A program made the position numbers and the translations under genes. DNA of 64,000 nucleotides from Anolis carolinensis (taxonomy: Eukaryota): assembly GCF_035594765.1 (NCBI RefSeq), contig NC_085845.1:65962024-66026023 (forward strand), read 5' to 3'. The notes beneath the pieces were generated by a model. The model saw nothing but the letters and a program-made list of their open reading frames with translations. It made no database searches and was not told where the DNA came from. This document shows positions 25,362 through 37,646 of this stretch, piece by piece; the stretch's first letter is position 1; each line of letters opens with the position of its first letter.

Positions 25362-26460
25362 TATTTTGCCCGAGACCCAGAAGAGAGCATAATATGCATT
25401 AGACAGGTTCTTTAAGGGAATTAATTCCACGAATAGGCTTCGTGATCAAGAAAGTCACCTAACACATAGCCCTACTTAATAATCTAGATGATGTGAGTGT
25501 ACCTTTTCCTTGCTCCAGATTTCAGATCATTGAAATTATAGGCCAACACCTTGCTTTTTATGCTCTAAGAGTTGGAACTCGGTGAAGGAGAGGAAAATTG
25601 CTAACTCCATTGCTTGTTTAGCCAGCAGAAGCAGGTTGATTTGGCCAGGTTTATTGAACTACTGTGCCAATTTGAACACATCTCATAGCATAGGCCATTT
25701 GTAGCAAAGAATGTTAGTTGTGTCCAAAGTGGATTTGTGACATACAATACCGATGGCCAGCTGTCATAGCCCAACTGGGCTCCCAGTGCTGACTGTCTAC
25801 CATCTGCTCACTTGCCCAAGTAAAAGTGGGGAAAACACATTTATAATACCAATGACAGTGCTTTGGTGCTTAACTCAGGCTTAACACATTGGTTTGAGTC
25901 TACTTGATATGAAATACTAGATTCTTTAGTTTATCACAAACGTGTCAGAAAATGTAAGGGTTGCAGATGGCCAAAAGAAAATACTCTTAAGATTACAGTA
26001 CAGTTTTACTCTCATTTAGTTCTCAGGGGAAGAAGGGGAGTCATATGCATCTGCTACAGACTGAATAAGACATCTATTGGCAAGCTTGTAATCTCCTCTA
26101 GTTCTTTTCCTATGCTACAGTTATCTAATAACCTTCCTAATATATGACATATACATATATGTTGGAAAGTCTGGATCTGTGTAGCTTTAATCTTGCCTCA
26201 AAAAGTGGAGATCTGATCCATGTGGAGAATCTGATTCACCCTACAAATGCTGCCTGTCTCATAGTAGTATGACACGTGTCTCATAATTAGTCATGGAGGA
26301 AATCGTTTGCAATACAAAGAAAGAGTCTAGCAATAATATTTTTACCTTTACCTATGTAACCCCAGTACAGGTTTATATTACTAGGGATATTTATTTGGTC
26401 TGTATATCCTCTTGTTCTTTACTCATAAATGGTTCAGAATTTGCATTTTGCTCTGCTTTT

Positions 26461-26470
26461 CTTCTTCTTC

Positions 26471-26521
<51 letters not shown>
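26461..26521 (+). repeat. (CTT)/(GTT)n microsatellite
   Basis: Read directly. Confidence 0.97.
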
Positions 26522-26523
<2 letters not shown>

Positions 26524-27484
26524 CTTACCCACCTCTCCTTATGGATTGAGGTGGGTTACAATGTAGTTAAAACACATAATCATTGGACTCAAATATACAC
26601 ATGTTTTTAAATTTTGTATTATATGTTTTTATTCTATATTGTTATTTTGATCTGTATAAACTGTTGTTTTAGTGCACTGTTTTTAGGCATTGAATTTTGC
26701 CAATTTATGTAAACCGCCTTGAGTCCCCTCGGGTTAGAAAGGCAGGGTAAAAATGCTGTAAATAAATAAAATAAATAATTGTAAACATTCTATAAAATAC
26801 ACATATTGCACAAATATACATAATATACAAATACGGTGTACCAATAGCTTAGTAATACCCCAGGATGGTAAGCATCGATTTATGAAGGTTATAACATAGT
26901 TTGGAGGGGGGGGGTGCATTTTTGCATGGTTGCCCTGTGTAAACCATCTTGAGTCTCCTTCGGGATGGAGAGAGGCGGGGTATAAATGGTATAATTTTTT
27001 TATTATTATTTTATACTTCTAATATATAGCAAGGATTGGGAATGTTTTAGCCCAAGGGTCAAGTGACCACAAACAAACACACATGTAAACAGGACCATCC
27101 CAGTGCTGGCATATGAATCCTATTTCAATCCTCCTCCTCTTCCTCCTCATCAAAAGTATACATAAGTAATACATTGACCCAACCCCATAAACATATACCA
27201 TATACACTTACCCATACGCACTCACACATTCCTCCTTTCCTGAAAGTTCTTCTGTAATGTGATTGACAAATTACATTGCACCAGTGACCAAACATAGCAT
27301 AAGGAGAGGGGGAGAGATAAGGAGAAGAGGAGAGATTTTTAATTTCCAATCAATAACTGATCAATACAACAGGTTTTTTAAACCTCGAAGGTAAAAGGGC
27401 TAAAGCCTTGGCAGGAACTGGCAGGCAAACTGATGATAACCATTGGAAATCCCCTCGTAGGCCATATCAGATCTTTAGGTTGAA

Positions 27485-28374
27485 CATTGCAAAACCCACC
27501 AGCCAATCCCTCTGCAATGCCATAAAAACAGCTTAATGGTGTAACTGTAGAAAATGTTGACTATTTCTGCTACCTTGGCAGCCACCTCTCCACAAAAGTC
27601 GACATAGATACTGAAATACAACACCGCCTGAACTCTGCGAGTGTAGCATTTTTCTGACTGAAGCAGAGAGTGTTTGAGGATCGGGATATCCATAGGGATA
27701 CCAAAGTGCTTGTTTATAAAGCTGTTGTCATCACAACCCTGCTATACGCCTGCGAAACATGGACTGTGTACAGATGTCACACTCAACTTCTGGAACAATT
27801 CCATCAGCGTTGCCTCCCAAAAATTCTGCAAATCTCTTGGGAAGACAGACAGACAAATGTCATCATGTTGGAAGAAACTAAGACCACCAGCATTGAAACG
27901 ATGCTCCTAAGCCACCAACTCTGCTGAACTGGCCATGTTATCTGAATGCCCACTCACCATCTCCCAAAGCAGGTACTATACTTCCAACTCAAGAATGGAA
28001 AACGAAATGTTGGTGGACAGGAAAAGAGATTTAAAGATCGGCTTAAAGCAAACCTTACAACTGTGGCATAGCTACTGAGAACTGAGAAGCCCTGGCCCTT
28101 GAGTGCTCTAGCTGGAGGTCAGCTGTGACCAGCAGTGCTGTGGAATTCGAAGAGGCACGAATGGGGGATGAAAGGGAGAAACGTGCCAAGAGGAAGATGC
28201 GTTATGCCAACCCTGATTGGGCCCACCTTCCACCTGAAAACTGATGTCCACACTGTGGAAGAACATGCGGGTCAAGAATAGAGCTCCACAGTCATCTACG
28301 TATCCGCCGCCAAGACACTACACTTGGAAGACCATCCTACTCTGACAATGAGGGATTGCCTAAGTAAGTAAGTA
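27485..28374 (+). mobile_element. RTE-clade LINE, 3' part
   Basis: YLGS, KVLVYKAVVITTLLYACETWT, ILQISWEDR; C-terminal C2H2-like CPHCGRTC..LHSH; (TAAG)n tail. Confidence 0.85.
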
Positions 28375-29996
28375 TATCTGATATCCAGTCTCTATTGCAA
28401 AACTCCTGGTTATATTCATGTTTTATATATTGGAAAAGCAATCCTTCAGCGCATAAATCTGGATCATTCAGACTGACATTCTTTTTGAAATTCTTATAAT
28501 ACCTGAATCGTGTTCCATTTTAGGCTAACTACTTCTAATCCTTTGAATTTTGGCAGGAATTTCTAGGCATTTTCTTAACTCTCTTTCCAGTTGAAATAAA
28601 TGGGATTTGACATCCTGGGAAAGGTAAAATGCAAGTAACATAGTCTGGAAATATACAGGTAACATCTGCATCTTTGTCTTCAAGCCAGTGAGCTTTGTCT
28701 TCACCCAAAGATTTCCCTGCGCTGAAGATCTCTTGCAATAACAGAGTTAGAATAACCACGAAGTTCTTCCACAGACAGTCTCTGTCATTGTCAAAGTCGA
28801 TTTTCGACTGCTGCGGTTATTCCTGGGGGTAATCAATAAATCATGTCATCACCTTCACCCCTCTCAAAGTGGTGGAAGAAAAAGCACTTCATCATCAAGG
28901 AAAAAGCATCCCCACTGCTAGAAATGAAAGGAGAAATGCAGCAATCAATCCTCTAATCTGAAGCCTTAAAATTTAAACATCTTAACAAGATGTAAAGTCA
29001 TGACTCAGGAGGGGGGCGTAATGCATACCAATACACTTGGCTCCTTGGCAGATGAAAGGACTCCACAGGCTTGCAACTTATTACATTACAGGATGCTGCT
29101 TATAGTGAATGTTTCTTGCTCTCTGCAGGAAAATCTAGTACACGGATAGGAGCTGAAGGTTGAAATTAAGCAAGGGTTGTCTCTTCAGAGCCCCTTACAT
29201 TTCAATACATTACATTACACTCCAGCATACATTCTTGTTGAATTAATACTTCTTTCAGGTATTTCAGAAGAAGGATTTCTTTCTACTGTCATAATAGTTA
29301 GTTGTGGGAGCAAAGGTACTTGTGGGTAAGGCTGAATGAAATCTTAATTTAGGACTTTCAGAAATTGGCCTAAATTCAGTTGTTTGTCCCAACTAGAGTA
29401 GACCCATTCAGTTAATGCCGTTTCACACACATGCTTTCTTATCTTATTCCCATGTATTAATTTGGATTTTGGCCACTGTGTTGTATAGCATTTCTCAAAT
29501 GTGACTGAATTCAGATATATGAAAAGTGAGAAATACATATATATGGTTAAGATTGAACATATGATAAAAGTGATAGAAAACTGTTTCCTAACCTTTTGGC
29601 AAGCATGAATTCATTTGAAAAACTGATGAATACTATAAGCCCTTCTACAATAATCCTAACTACAACTTTTGAAGTAACAAGAAGGAAGGTGAAGGGGAAA
29701 TGGTGTGTGTGTGTTGTTGTTCCACAGAGTTCTTCAAGCCACAACTGGAGAATCTATTTTAGGGGGCATATTTTATTGGATTTAGGAAGAAGAAAAATAA
29801 AGAGCTATGGTGGCTATCTTAATGAAGGAGAGGTGGGGTATAAAAAGAACAAATGAGGTGCAAAGTGGATTTTATTTTTAATAATATAGTAACCCTTTAT
29901 TTTTAGTTGTAGTGGAAAGTAGAATTTTACAGTCTCTCTCATCCTATAGGACAAGCTGTACTTAATAAATTTGATCTTCTGTATAAATTATTGGGT

Positions 29997-30958
29997 TATT
30001 TTATTTATTGTGTCAGAAGCGAATTGATGGTACAGTGATCATGTATTTAAAATCACAAACAAAGTTGAAAACTTGGCATTATACTAAATGTCCTTTGACC
30101 AGTAGCTGGCTACTTGGAGTGCCTCTGGTGCCACTGTAAGAAGGTTCTCCATTGTGCATATGTTGGTGGTCTGCATTGTAGTAGGTGGTCTGTGGTTTGT
30201 TCTTCTCCACGCTCGCATGTCGTGGACTCCAATTTGTAGCCCCATTTCTGAAGATTGGCTGTGCACCTTGTGGTGCCAAAGCACAGTCTGTTCAGCACTT
30301 TCCAAGTCACCCAGTCTTCTGTGTGCCCAGGGGGGAACCTCTCATCTAGTATGAGCCATGGATTGAAGTTGTGGATATTTAGCCTGCCACTTTTGGACTC
30401 TCGCTTGCTGAGGTGTTCCTGCAAGTATCTCTGTAGATCTTAGGAAGCTATTTCTTGATTTAAGGTTTTGGTGTGCTGGCTGATATCTGAACAGATATCC
30501 GATACGCCAGAGATGTCACTTCCTTGCTCCTTTCATTATTGGCTGCTATTTCCCGATGGATGTCAGGTGGTTCAATACCGACTAAACAATATAATTTCTC
30601 CAGTGGTGTGGGGCGTAGACATCCTGTAATAATGCGGGATGTCTCATTAAAAGCCACATTCACTGTTTTAACATGGTACGATGTATTCCACACTGGGCAT
30701 GCGTATTTAGCAGCAGAGTAGCAAAACACAAGGGCAAATGTCTTCACTGAGTCTGGTTGTGATCCCCAGGTTGTGCCAGTCAGCTTTTGTATAATATAAT
30801 TTCTAGCACCCACTTTTTGCTTGATAGTCAAGCAGTGCTTCTGAAAAACCTCCCCACAGGATCGTAACACATCCAGGTGTCCCCTGGGCAACGTCTTTGT
30901 TGATGGCTGATTCTTTCACACCAGAAGTGACTTGCAGCATGCAACCAACCAAACAAAC
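29997..30958 (-). mobile_element. Vingi (Ingi-related) LINE: 3' part on the - strand plus an inverted 5'-end segment (about 30845-30958)
   Basis: Degraded ORF (LTGTTWG, YACPVW, RIITGCLRPTP, WKVLNRL, KWGY...CE.GEEQT.DHLLQC); tail ...cgcttctgacacaataaata; TSD AAATTATTGGGT at 29985-29996 and 30959-30970. Confidence 0.8.
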
Positions 30959-31041
30959 AAATTATTGGGTGAACTCAAGGTTGGGTCTACCTGGATCTGA
31001 GGTGATTGAATGTGATTGTTATAGTGCAGTGTATAATTTGA

Positions 31042-31328
31042 CCAAAAGGTCCCAGACCGAAATGTCCCAGGTTCAAACCCCGGGAGCGGCCACTGTTAGC
31101 TCCAGCTTCTGCCAACCTAGCAGTTCAAAAACATGCCAATGTGAGTAGATCAATAGGTACCACTCTGGCGGGAAGGTAACAGCGCTCCATGAAGTCATGC
31201 CGGCCACATGACCTTGGAGGTGTCTCCGGACAATGCCGGCTCTTCGGCTTAGAAATGGAGATGAGCACCAACCCCCAGAGCCAGACATGACTGGACTTAA
31301 TGTCAGGGGAAAACCTTTACCTTTTTTT
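31042..31328 (+). mobile_element. Sauria SINE, 5'-truncated
   Basis: Same body as 1-164; TSD TATAATTTGA at 31032-31041 and 31329-31338. Confidence 0.9.
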
Positions 31329-31403
31329 TATAATTTGAAAGTAAAATGATTGGTTTCTCTATAACTCATAATCAAAGGACTTTTTTTCATTGCTTTTGCT
31401 CAG

Positions 31404-31524
31404 GTGTTGACTTGCCAAGAAGAGTGAGTCACCTGCTTGAGGAGAAGGCTGGATGTGTATCTGCTGCAGTATCTGATGAATCTGTCGCGGGAGACAGCGG
31501 TGTATATGAAGCTTCTGTAAAACA
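31404..31524 (+). CDS. WWC2: WWC2 exon, 121 bp, GVDLPRRVSHLLEEKAGCVSAAVSDESVAGDSGVYEASVK(Q)
   Basis: ctcag|GT acceptor, CA|gtaggt donor; conserved DSGVYEA motif. Confidence 0.95.
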
Positions 31525-32184
31525 GTAGGTTATCTTGAAATGAAATTCAGGCATCTTCATAATATCCAGATACTTGCATTAATTTGAAAAACTAATATGG
31601 AAAGTTGAGTCAAAATTACTTCAACTTGTGTTGTTTTCACTAAAACGCATCTATTGTCTGTGATTTAGGTAGTAGTAAACACACTGCAGTTCTGCATCTG
31701 ATGCCTTAAACAAAACCTTATGTGGTTGCCACAACACATCATTTTAACCAGAAGTGGACACCAACAAAATGAGAGTGCATACTGAAATATGCAAGAAATA
31801 AGAAAAAGGGAATTAAAAATATGTCACTTCAAAGGCAACCAAGATCTAGAAGAAACAAATGTTCACCTAGATGAAGTTTATAGAGCTAACTAGTGTAGGC
31901 CCATTCCATCAATTGTTGAATGGTAAACCAACACATAGATAAACCTTATGGATTGAATGGATCTATTCTAGTCAGGACTAAAATAGTATGTACACTTTTG
32001 GTGCATAATTTACATTAGAAAATTTTACTGGTTCAAACACCAAAGCAAAGTAAGTGTTGTGGCTGACTTTTATTTTCTAAAAGTTTTAATTTCAGAGATT
32101 TTTAAAAATGAAGAGGGCATGACACTCCGGCTGGAATCCTCTCAATGACATACTACCAAGAAGCCCTTTCCAGAACCAGCAGGG

Positions 32185-32245
<61 letters not shown>
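32185..32245 (+). repeat. (GATA)n microsatellite, about 15 units
   Basis: Read directly. Confidence 0.98.
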
Positions 32246-32246
<1 letters not shown>

Positions 32247-33093
32247 GGCCTCATCAAGGCATATAGGCAGCAGCAGGACAGCCTTTTCTCTGAACAGTCA
32301 CCATTTCCTATGCTGTCCCTCTGTCTTGTTGGTATTATGCCTCCAGCCATTTTGCTGCCTCCATTGATGGATTTATGCTGGCGAAAAGGATGACAGCTCC
32401 TTTATGCTGCGCTCAGCTTGTTTGAAAGAGATCATCTTAAAATATATAGAGCAATAATTTACAATCGTAACAGATGCAGTTAGCAATGATTCCTTTCAGC
32501 AAAGAAATAAGAGAAGAGTAAAAAAAGACTGACCCAATGTTTTATTGGCAATAGAAAATGCAGATATAATCTCATAACATGTATACAACTAAATCCAAAA
32601 ATAGAGGATTTCTTTCTTTTCTAGCTGTTGATGTGAACTTTTGTTTTGTTTTTAAACCTTTTTTTGCACCTCCCTTTATCTTGTCAAATTATGTCCAATT
32701 ATAATAATCCAAATAATTGAGCTAGTAGATAATAAAGAGGGATCAGTATTATAGAAAATTTGAAGCAAATTGTATACAGCAGTTTACCATTTACCTAAAA
32801 TCTCTTTAAGTTCATGATGGAAATTATAAATGATGATAGCACATTAAAACTAGGTTCTGAGACAACTTAACCATTTGTAAGATAAATGTTGGCATTACTT
32901 TTTCTGCCACTTTGGTAACTTCAGTACACATGTGAGGCTCACCAAGTTAGGGTTGGGGTGCATTTCCCATACTCCTTAACCACCATGATTGGGGGCAGAA
33001 GCAACAGGAGCTATTGCCCAAGCATATATAGGGAAAGTCTGCCTCTTAGTGCTGTTTTATAGCTATCCTCAGCTCTTTGTATCTGTTCTCTAG

Positions 33094-33174
33094 ACCAAAT
33101 GATGGTGAAGAAGTTGCATATAGTGAAGATGATACCACAGTTCTAGAGACAGCTCAAGTGCAAATAGGACTCAG
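33094..33174 (+). CDS. WWC2: WWC2 exon, 81 bp, (Q)PNDGEEVAYSEDDTTVLETAQVQIGL(R); start of C2 domain
   Basis: ctctag|A acceptor, AG|gtaagc donor; translated by hand. Confidence 0.93.
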
Positions 33175-33264
33175 GTAAGCCACCATATGTAGAAAGCATC
33201 TATTGACAATGTCCAAAGTATTACAAGTGCTTCATGCAGATCTCCTCTCCATCCTTCTTCACAG

Positions 33265-33351
33265 ATATGATACAACCAGCTCGAGTTTTGTGATCATTGT
33301 GGTTCGGTTACAAAATCTTCATGCCCTTTCTGTGTCACCTGGCTCCAAAGT
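33265..33351 (+). CDS. WWC2: WWC2 exon, 87 bp, (R)YDTTSSSFVIIVVRLQNLHALSVSPGSK(V); C2 domain
   Basis: cacag|A acceptor, GT|gtaagt donor; follows a 90-bp intron. Confidence 0.93.
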
Positions 33352-33924
33352 GTAAGTATAGTGCTCCTTAGATTATACTAGCATTGAGAATAGAGGGTTT
33401 TTGAGGAAAAAAGAAGACTTTTCAGGAAATCAAAGTGCATTTATACATCTTTGGTTGCATGGAACATAACTGTAACATTGAGAATTTGTCTTCTAGAATA
33501 GTAGGATCTTAAGTGCAATTCTCCCTCCTCGGTAGCAGGAAGGCATTCAGAGTGCAGAAGGTCCTAGAGCTCTTCCTGTCAATCAAAAGAAAAGAAACTT
33601 GCCAAGTTAAATGTCCCTTTATTCACTGTGGTCTTTGTGCAGCAAACATAGGAGATCTGCACCTATACAGAACCTTTTAGATCAGTGGTTCCCAACCTTT
33701 GAGCCTCCAAGTTTTTTGGACTTCAGTTCCCACAGTTCCTAACATCTGGTAAGCTAGCTGGGATTTCTGGGAGTTGAAGTCCAAAACACTATTTTAACAG
33801 TTTTAATCAACATAAACTTACCAGTATTTCAGTGGGAAGTGTGGACCTGCTTTTGGTTGACGAGATAGTCAAGTTAATTAAGATTGTTGTTGTTGTGTGC
33901 CTTCAAGTCTTCAAGGCGACTCTA

Positions 33925-34400
33925 TGTGGCGCAGCTGCTTAGTAGCCAGCTGCAATAAATCACTACTGACCAAGAAGTCATGAGTTCGAAGCCCGGGTCG
34001 GACTGAGTGACGACCATTAAATGGCTCCAGCTCATTTTTTTACTTAAGCAACCCAAAAGAAAGTTGCATCTGTCGAGTAGGAAATTTAGGGACCACTTAT
34101 GCGGGGAGGCTAATTTAACTGATTTACGTCACCATAAAAATGTCCAGCAGCGTGCGTGCCAGAAGATGAGGAAGTACTCCATCAAGGACTCAGTGTCATG
34201 GTGGTTGATGGGGCGGCAGCTCCTCCTGTGGCCGGAATCGAGCATAACCTCATAAAGACAGAGCCTCTGTGTCTCTGTCTCTGTGTGTCGTATGTCTATG
34301 GCATTGAATGTTTGCCATGTATATGTACATTATGATCTGGCCTGAGTCCCCTTCGGGGGGAGAAGGGCAAAATTTAAATACTGTAAATAAATAAATAAAT
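33925..34400 (+). mobile_element. tRNA-headed SINE with an L2-type tail (Anolis SINE2-like)
   Basis: gtggcgcagct...gagttcgaagccc A/B boxes; tail tgagtccccttcggggggagaagggc, then (TAAA)n. Confidence 0.65.
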
Positions 34401-34408
34401 GCCTAAAG

Positions 34409-34543
34409 CAGTAGTTCCCAACCTTTGGGCCTCCAGGTGTTTTGGACTTCAACTCCCAGAAATCCTAGCCAGCTTACCAGCTGTTAGGAATTGTGGGAGC
34501 TGGAGGCCAAAACACCTGGAGGCCCAAAGGTTGGGAACCACAG
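34409..34543. mobile_element. Palindromic hAT-Charlie MITE; partial sister copy at about 33682-33790
   Basis: CAGTAGTTCCCAACCTTT...AAAGGTTGGGAACCACAG; TSD GCCTAAAG / GTCTAAAG. Confidence 0.85.
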
Positions 34544-35472
34544 GTCTAAAGTTTAGGGCAGGCCTTAGTTTGGGGACTTCTGAACTAGATTCAGACTACT
34601 CTTCTCAAAACAGGCCATCCACACCATTTCTACCACGACAATCTTGGTACTGAAACTGACAGTTTGCAAATCCCTATGAGTTTTCACAAGGCTTCCTTTC
34701 CATATTTGTGAGGCTTTTGTAGGTGTATTTTCAAAACTTTTCAATTCCAGTTTTCATTCTGTAGGGCAACCATTTAACTCCTTAAAAGGGGAGGAAATAG
34801 AACAGATAAAAGACTATACTTCTCTCTTATAGCACTGCACTGCCATGTGACTGGAGGGTTTGTTGTTTTTTCTATTGCGTTTTACTTTTGAAGGATTTTT
34901 TCCCCCTTTGGCAAGAAGCACCCTCTTTTCCCAAAAGCAAGCTGTCACCTCCCACACATAGAAAGAAACAGCAGAGTTCACCCCTGGGTCTCCTAGATTA
35001 GGAGATTTTGTATGGTGGGATTTCAAACAGTTTTGCCTGCCTATGTACAGTTAGGAAAGTGAACATGAATCCAATCAGTTGAAAAAAAATCAGGTTTCTG
35101 AGCTTTTAAAACTTTTTTTTTATCAAGGAGGTTTTAGACTTTTTGGCCTTACCTAAAATGTACTCAGGTTCCAGAAAATCTCCTTGATACAGCTCCATTT
35201 TTCTAAGGATTCATCTGATAGTTGGGCAGAAATTCATCCTCAGAAGAACTGACTTTAACATAAAGTTGAGTTGTCTGTAATATTCATCCCCGGCTATGAG
35301 ATTTTTCAACATTCATTGGATGTGTGGGATTTATTTGCATTTCAAAGTAATTGCGGTTTCACTTTCTCATTTCATCAGTGGAGTAATGTTTTCTTTGCAT
35401 ACGCATGAAATGCCTCTTTTACTGGGAGTGCTTGTTTCAGGCAAAGTAGTTTAATCTGAGGAAAAATATACA

Positions 35473-36224
35473 TACTATGCTATTGCCCCCAAAATAAGAC
35501 CTTACCATAAAATAGGCCCTAGCATGATTCTTGTAATATCAACCCTACCCCAAAAATAAGCCCCAGTTAAGATCATCAGCCAGATGGACGGGTTTAGTAT
35601 GTCTGTTGCAACACACGACAGACGATTGAATTTAAAAATAATAGTATAATATTAATCTATAATTAAATATAAATAAATAATATTATTGGGTTGCTGTGAG
35701 TTTTCTAGGCTGTATGGCCATGTTCCAGCAGCATTCTTTCCTGACATTTCACCCACATTTATGGCAGGCATCCTCAGAACTTGTGAGGTTTGTAGGAAAC
35801 TAGGCAAGTGGGGTTTATATATCTGTGAAAGGTCCAGGGTGGGAAAAAGAACTCTTGTCTGTTGGGGGCAAGTGTGATCACTTTAATTAGCATTGAAAAG
35901 CCTTGCAGCTTCAAAGCCTTGCTGATTCCTGCCTGAGGGAATCCTTTGTTGACTGATGAGATAATCAAGTTAATTGACATAATATTATGATAATGTTCCA
36001 GAAGAAGATGGCATGTCTGTATTTGAATAAAGGTAGATAGTTGTACGTGAATCAATGTAGAACTTTGTACATCAATAAATGAATACATGTAGATTGTTGT
36101 ACATCAATAAATGCAGATTGCCGTACATGGAAAAAGCAAGACATTCCCTGAAAATAAGCTCTAATGAGTCCTTTGGAGCAAAAATTAATATAAGACCTGG
36201 TCTTATTTTCGGAGAAATGTAGTA
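35473..36224. mobile_element. Tc1/mariner-type (Tc2/pogo-like) MITE hosting the Penelope fragment; related piece at about 22245-22330
   Basis: ta..cccccaaaataagacc / ggtcttattttcggagaaatgtagta termini; internal degenerate repeats of about 24 bp. Confidence 0.55.
35688..35951 (-). mobile_element. Older Penelope 3' fragment with a decayed hammerhead (35740-35780)
   Basis: Aligns to 41891-42150; hammerhead GAAACGTC has become GAAATGTC by CpG decay. Confidence 0.85.
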
Positions 36225-37229
36225 CATGAAATTCATGAGGTCTCCATAAAACAACAGGCAGTTTGAAGACACATACATTCATGCAACATAAGTCAGCATC
36301 TTTATTTATTTATATCTTTCTTTCCCAGCTTTTTCGTTGTTTGGGGTTCAAAGAAAGCTCCAACAAATTAAAGAACACATTGTTAAAAATTCACAAGATA
36401 CAAAAGTTAAAACAAGATTAAGCAATAAAAAAATTAAACCCGATTAAACGTACACCGTTAAGCATATATGCACACACCTCAGCACACCAATAATAAGTTC
36501 AGAAACATTGTTTAGGTAAGAAGACCGATATAATTACTCATTAGATGCTTGTTGAAATAGAAAAGTCATTATAAAAATGAAAAGAAAGTAGGGAAGTTGC
36601 CCGTCTTGACTTCTCTGAGGAGCAAGCAGAGGCAGGAATAAGTGAGCTTCCAATGTAGTTGAACTGAAATGCCCTTTAGTCCATGCTTTCAGAGAGGTGA
36701 CTGGAGTTGTAGTTCCACTGCCATCTGGAAGATGGCATGTTCCCTATTCTTGCTGAAGGAGCTCATTTCTGCCATTGGGCGTATTCCCACAAGATGCTTC
36801 ATCTTAGGAAAACAGATCATAGGTGCAAATAAAAAGGTAGAGAGATTGCTGACTCATCCTTATCATCTGCCATTATTCATGCAAAGTTTTGCCCTTCCCA
36901 CTTTATTTTCAGTCATGACACAGATATCTGAAGAGCACTCCCGTGTTGTCAAATTCTAATGTGGGAGGAAGCAGCCTAATAAACATTTGTTGAGGAGGCG
37001 GAAGTGGAGGAAAGGGCTAAAGTGACTTTGATTAGTTCTGAAGATTGTATTCACATACAGTTAGGGTTAAACACATTTTCTCCTAGATGTAATCAGATCA
37101 AAGCAATGCCAATTGGCCTGGGTGAACTAAAGTTTAAATATTCTGAAACATTTCATTATTTTCCTCTGCATTTCGTTTGCTTTTTTGCTTGTTCAGAGTA
37201 CTGTTCTCTACTTTGTGGAAGAGGGTTTT

Positions 37230-37517
37230 TTTTTGTGTCAGGAGCGACTTGAGAAACTGCAAGTCACTTCTGGTGTGAGAGAATTGGCCGTCTGCAAGGA
37301 CATTGCCCAGGGGACGCCTGGATGTTTTTGATGTGTTTACTATTCTTGTGAAAGGCTTCTCTCTTGTCGCCGCATGGTGTTGGAGCTCATAGAGGAAGCT
37401 CATCCACGCTCTCCCTGGGTTGGATTCGAACCAGCAACCTTCAGGTCAGCAACTCAACCTTCAAGACACCATTCCTGCCGGCACAAGGGTTTAACCCAAT
37501 GCGCCACCGGGGGCTCC
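37230..37517 (-). mobile_element. tRNA-headed SINE: Sauria-like head plus Vingi 5' and 3' segments
   Basis: Head ggagcccccggtggcgcattgggttaaaccc...ggttcgaatcc (A/B boxes); body matches 30845-30937; tail agtcgctcctgacacaaaa matches the Vingi 3' end. Confidence 0.8.
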
Positions 37518-37646
37518 TTGTCAGAGAGATGATTCAAATGAAAAGAATTAAGCACCATAATGCAGCCTCTTGCGTTTCCATTAGGATAGCAAACTCCAAT
37601 TTTTCAGGTTTCTCAGTCACTGGGTCCACTTGCTTCCATTATGTTA

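Noticed and set aside
35740-35780. Fourth active hammerhead
   Set aside because: Helix I is disrupted and the ACGU palindrome is mutated (GAAAUGUC); probably dead.
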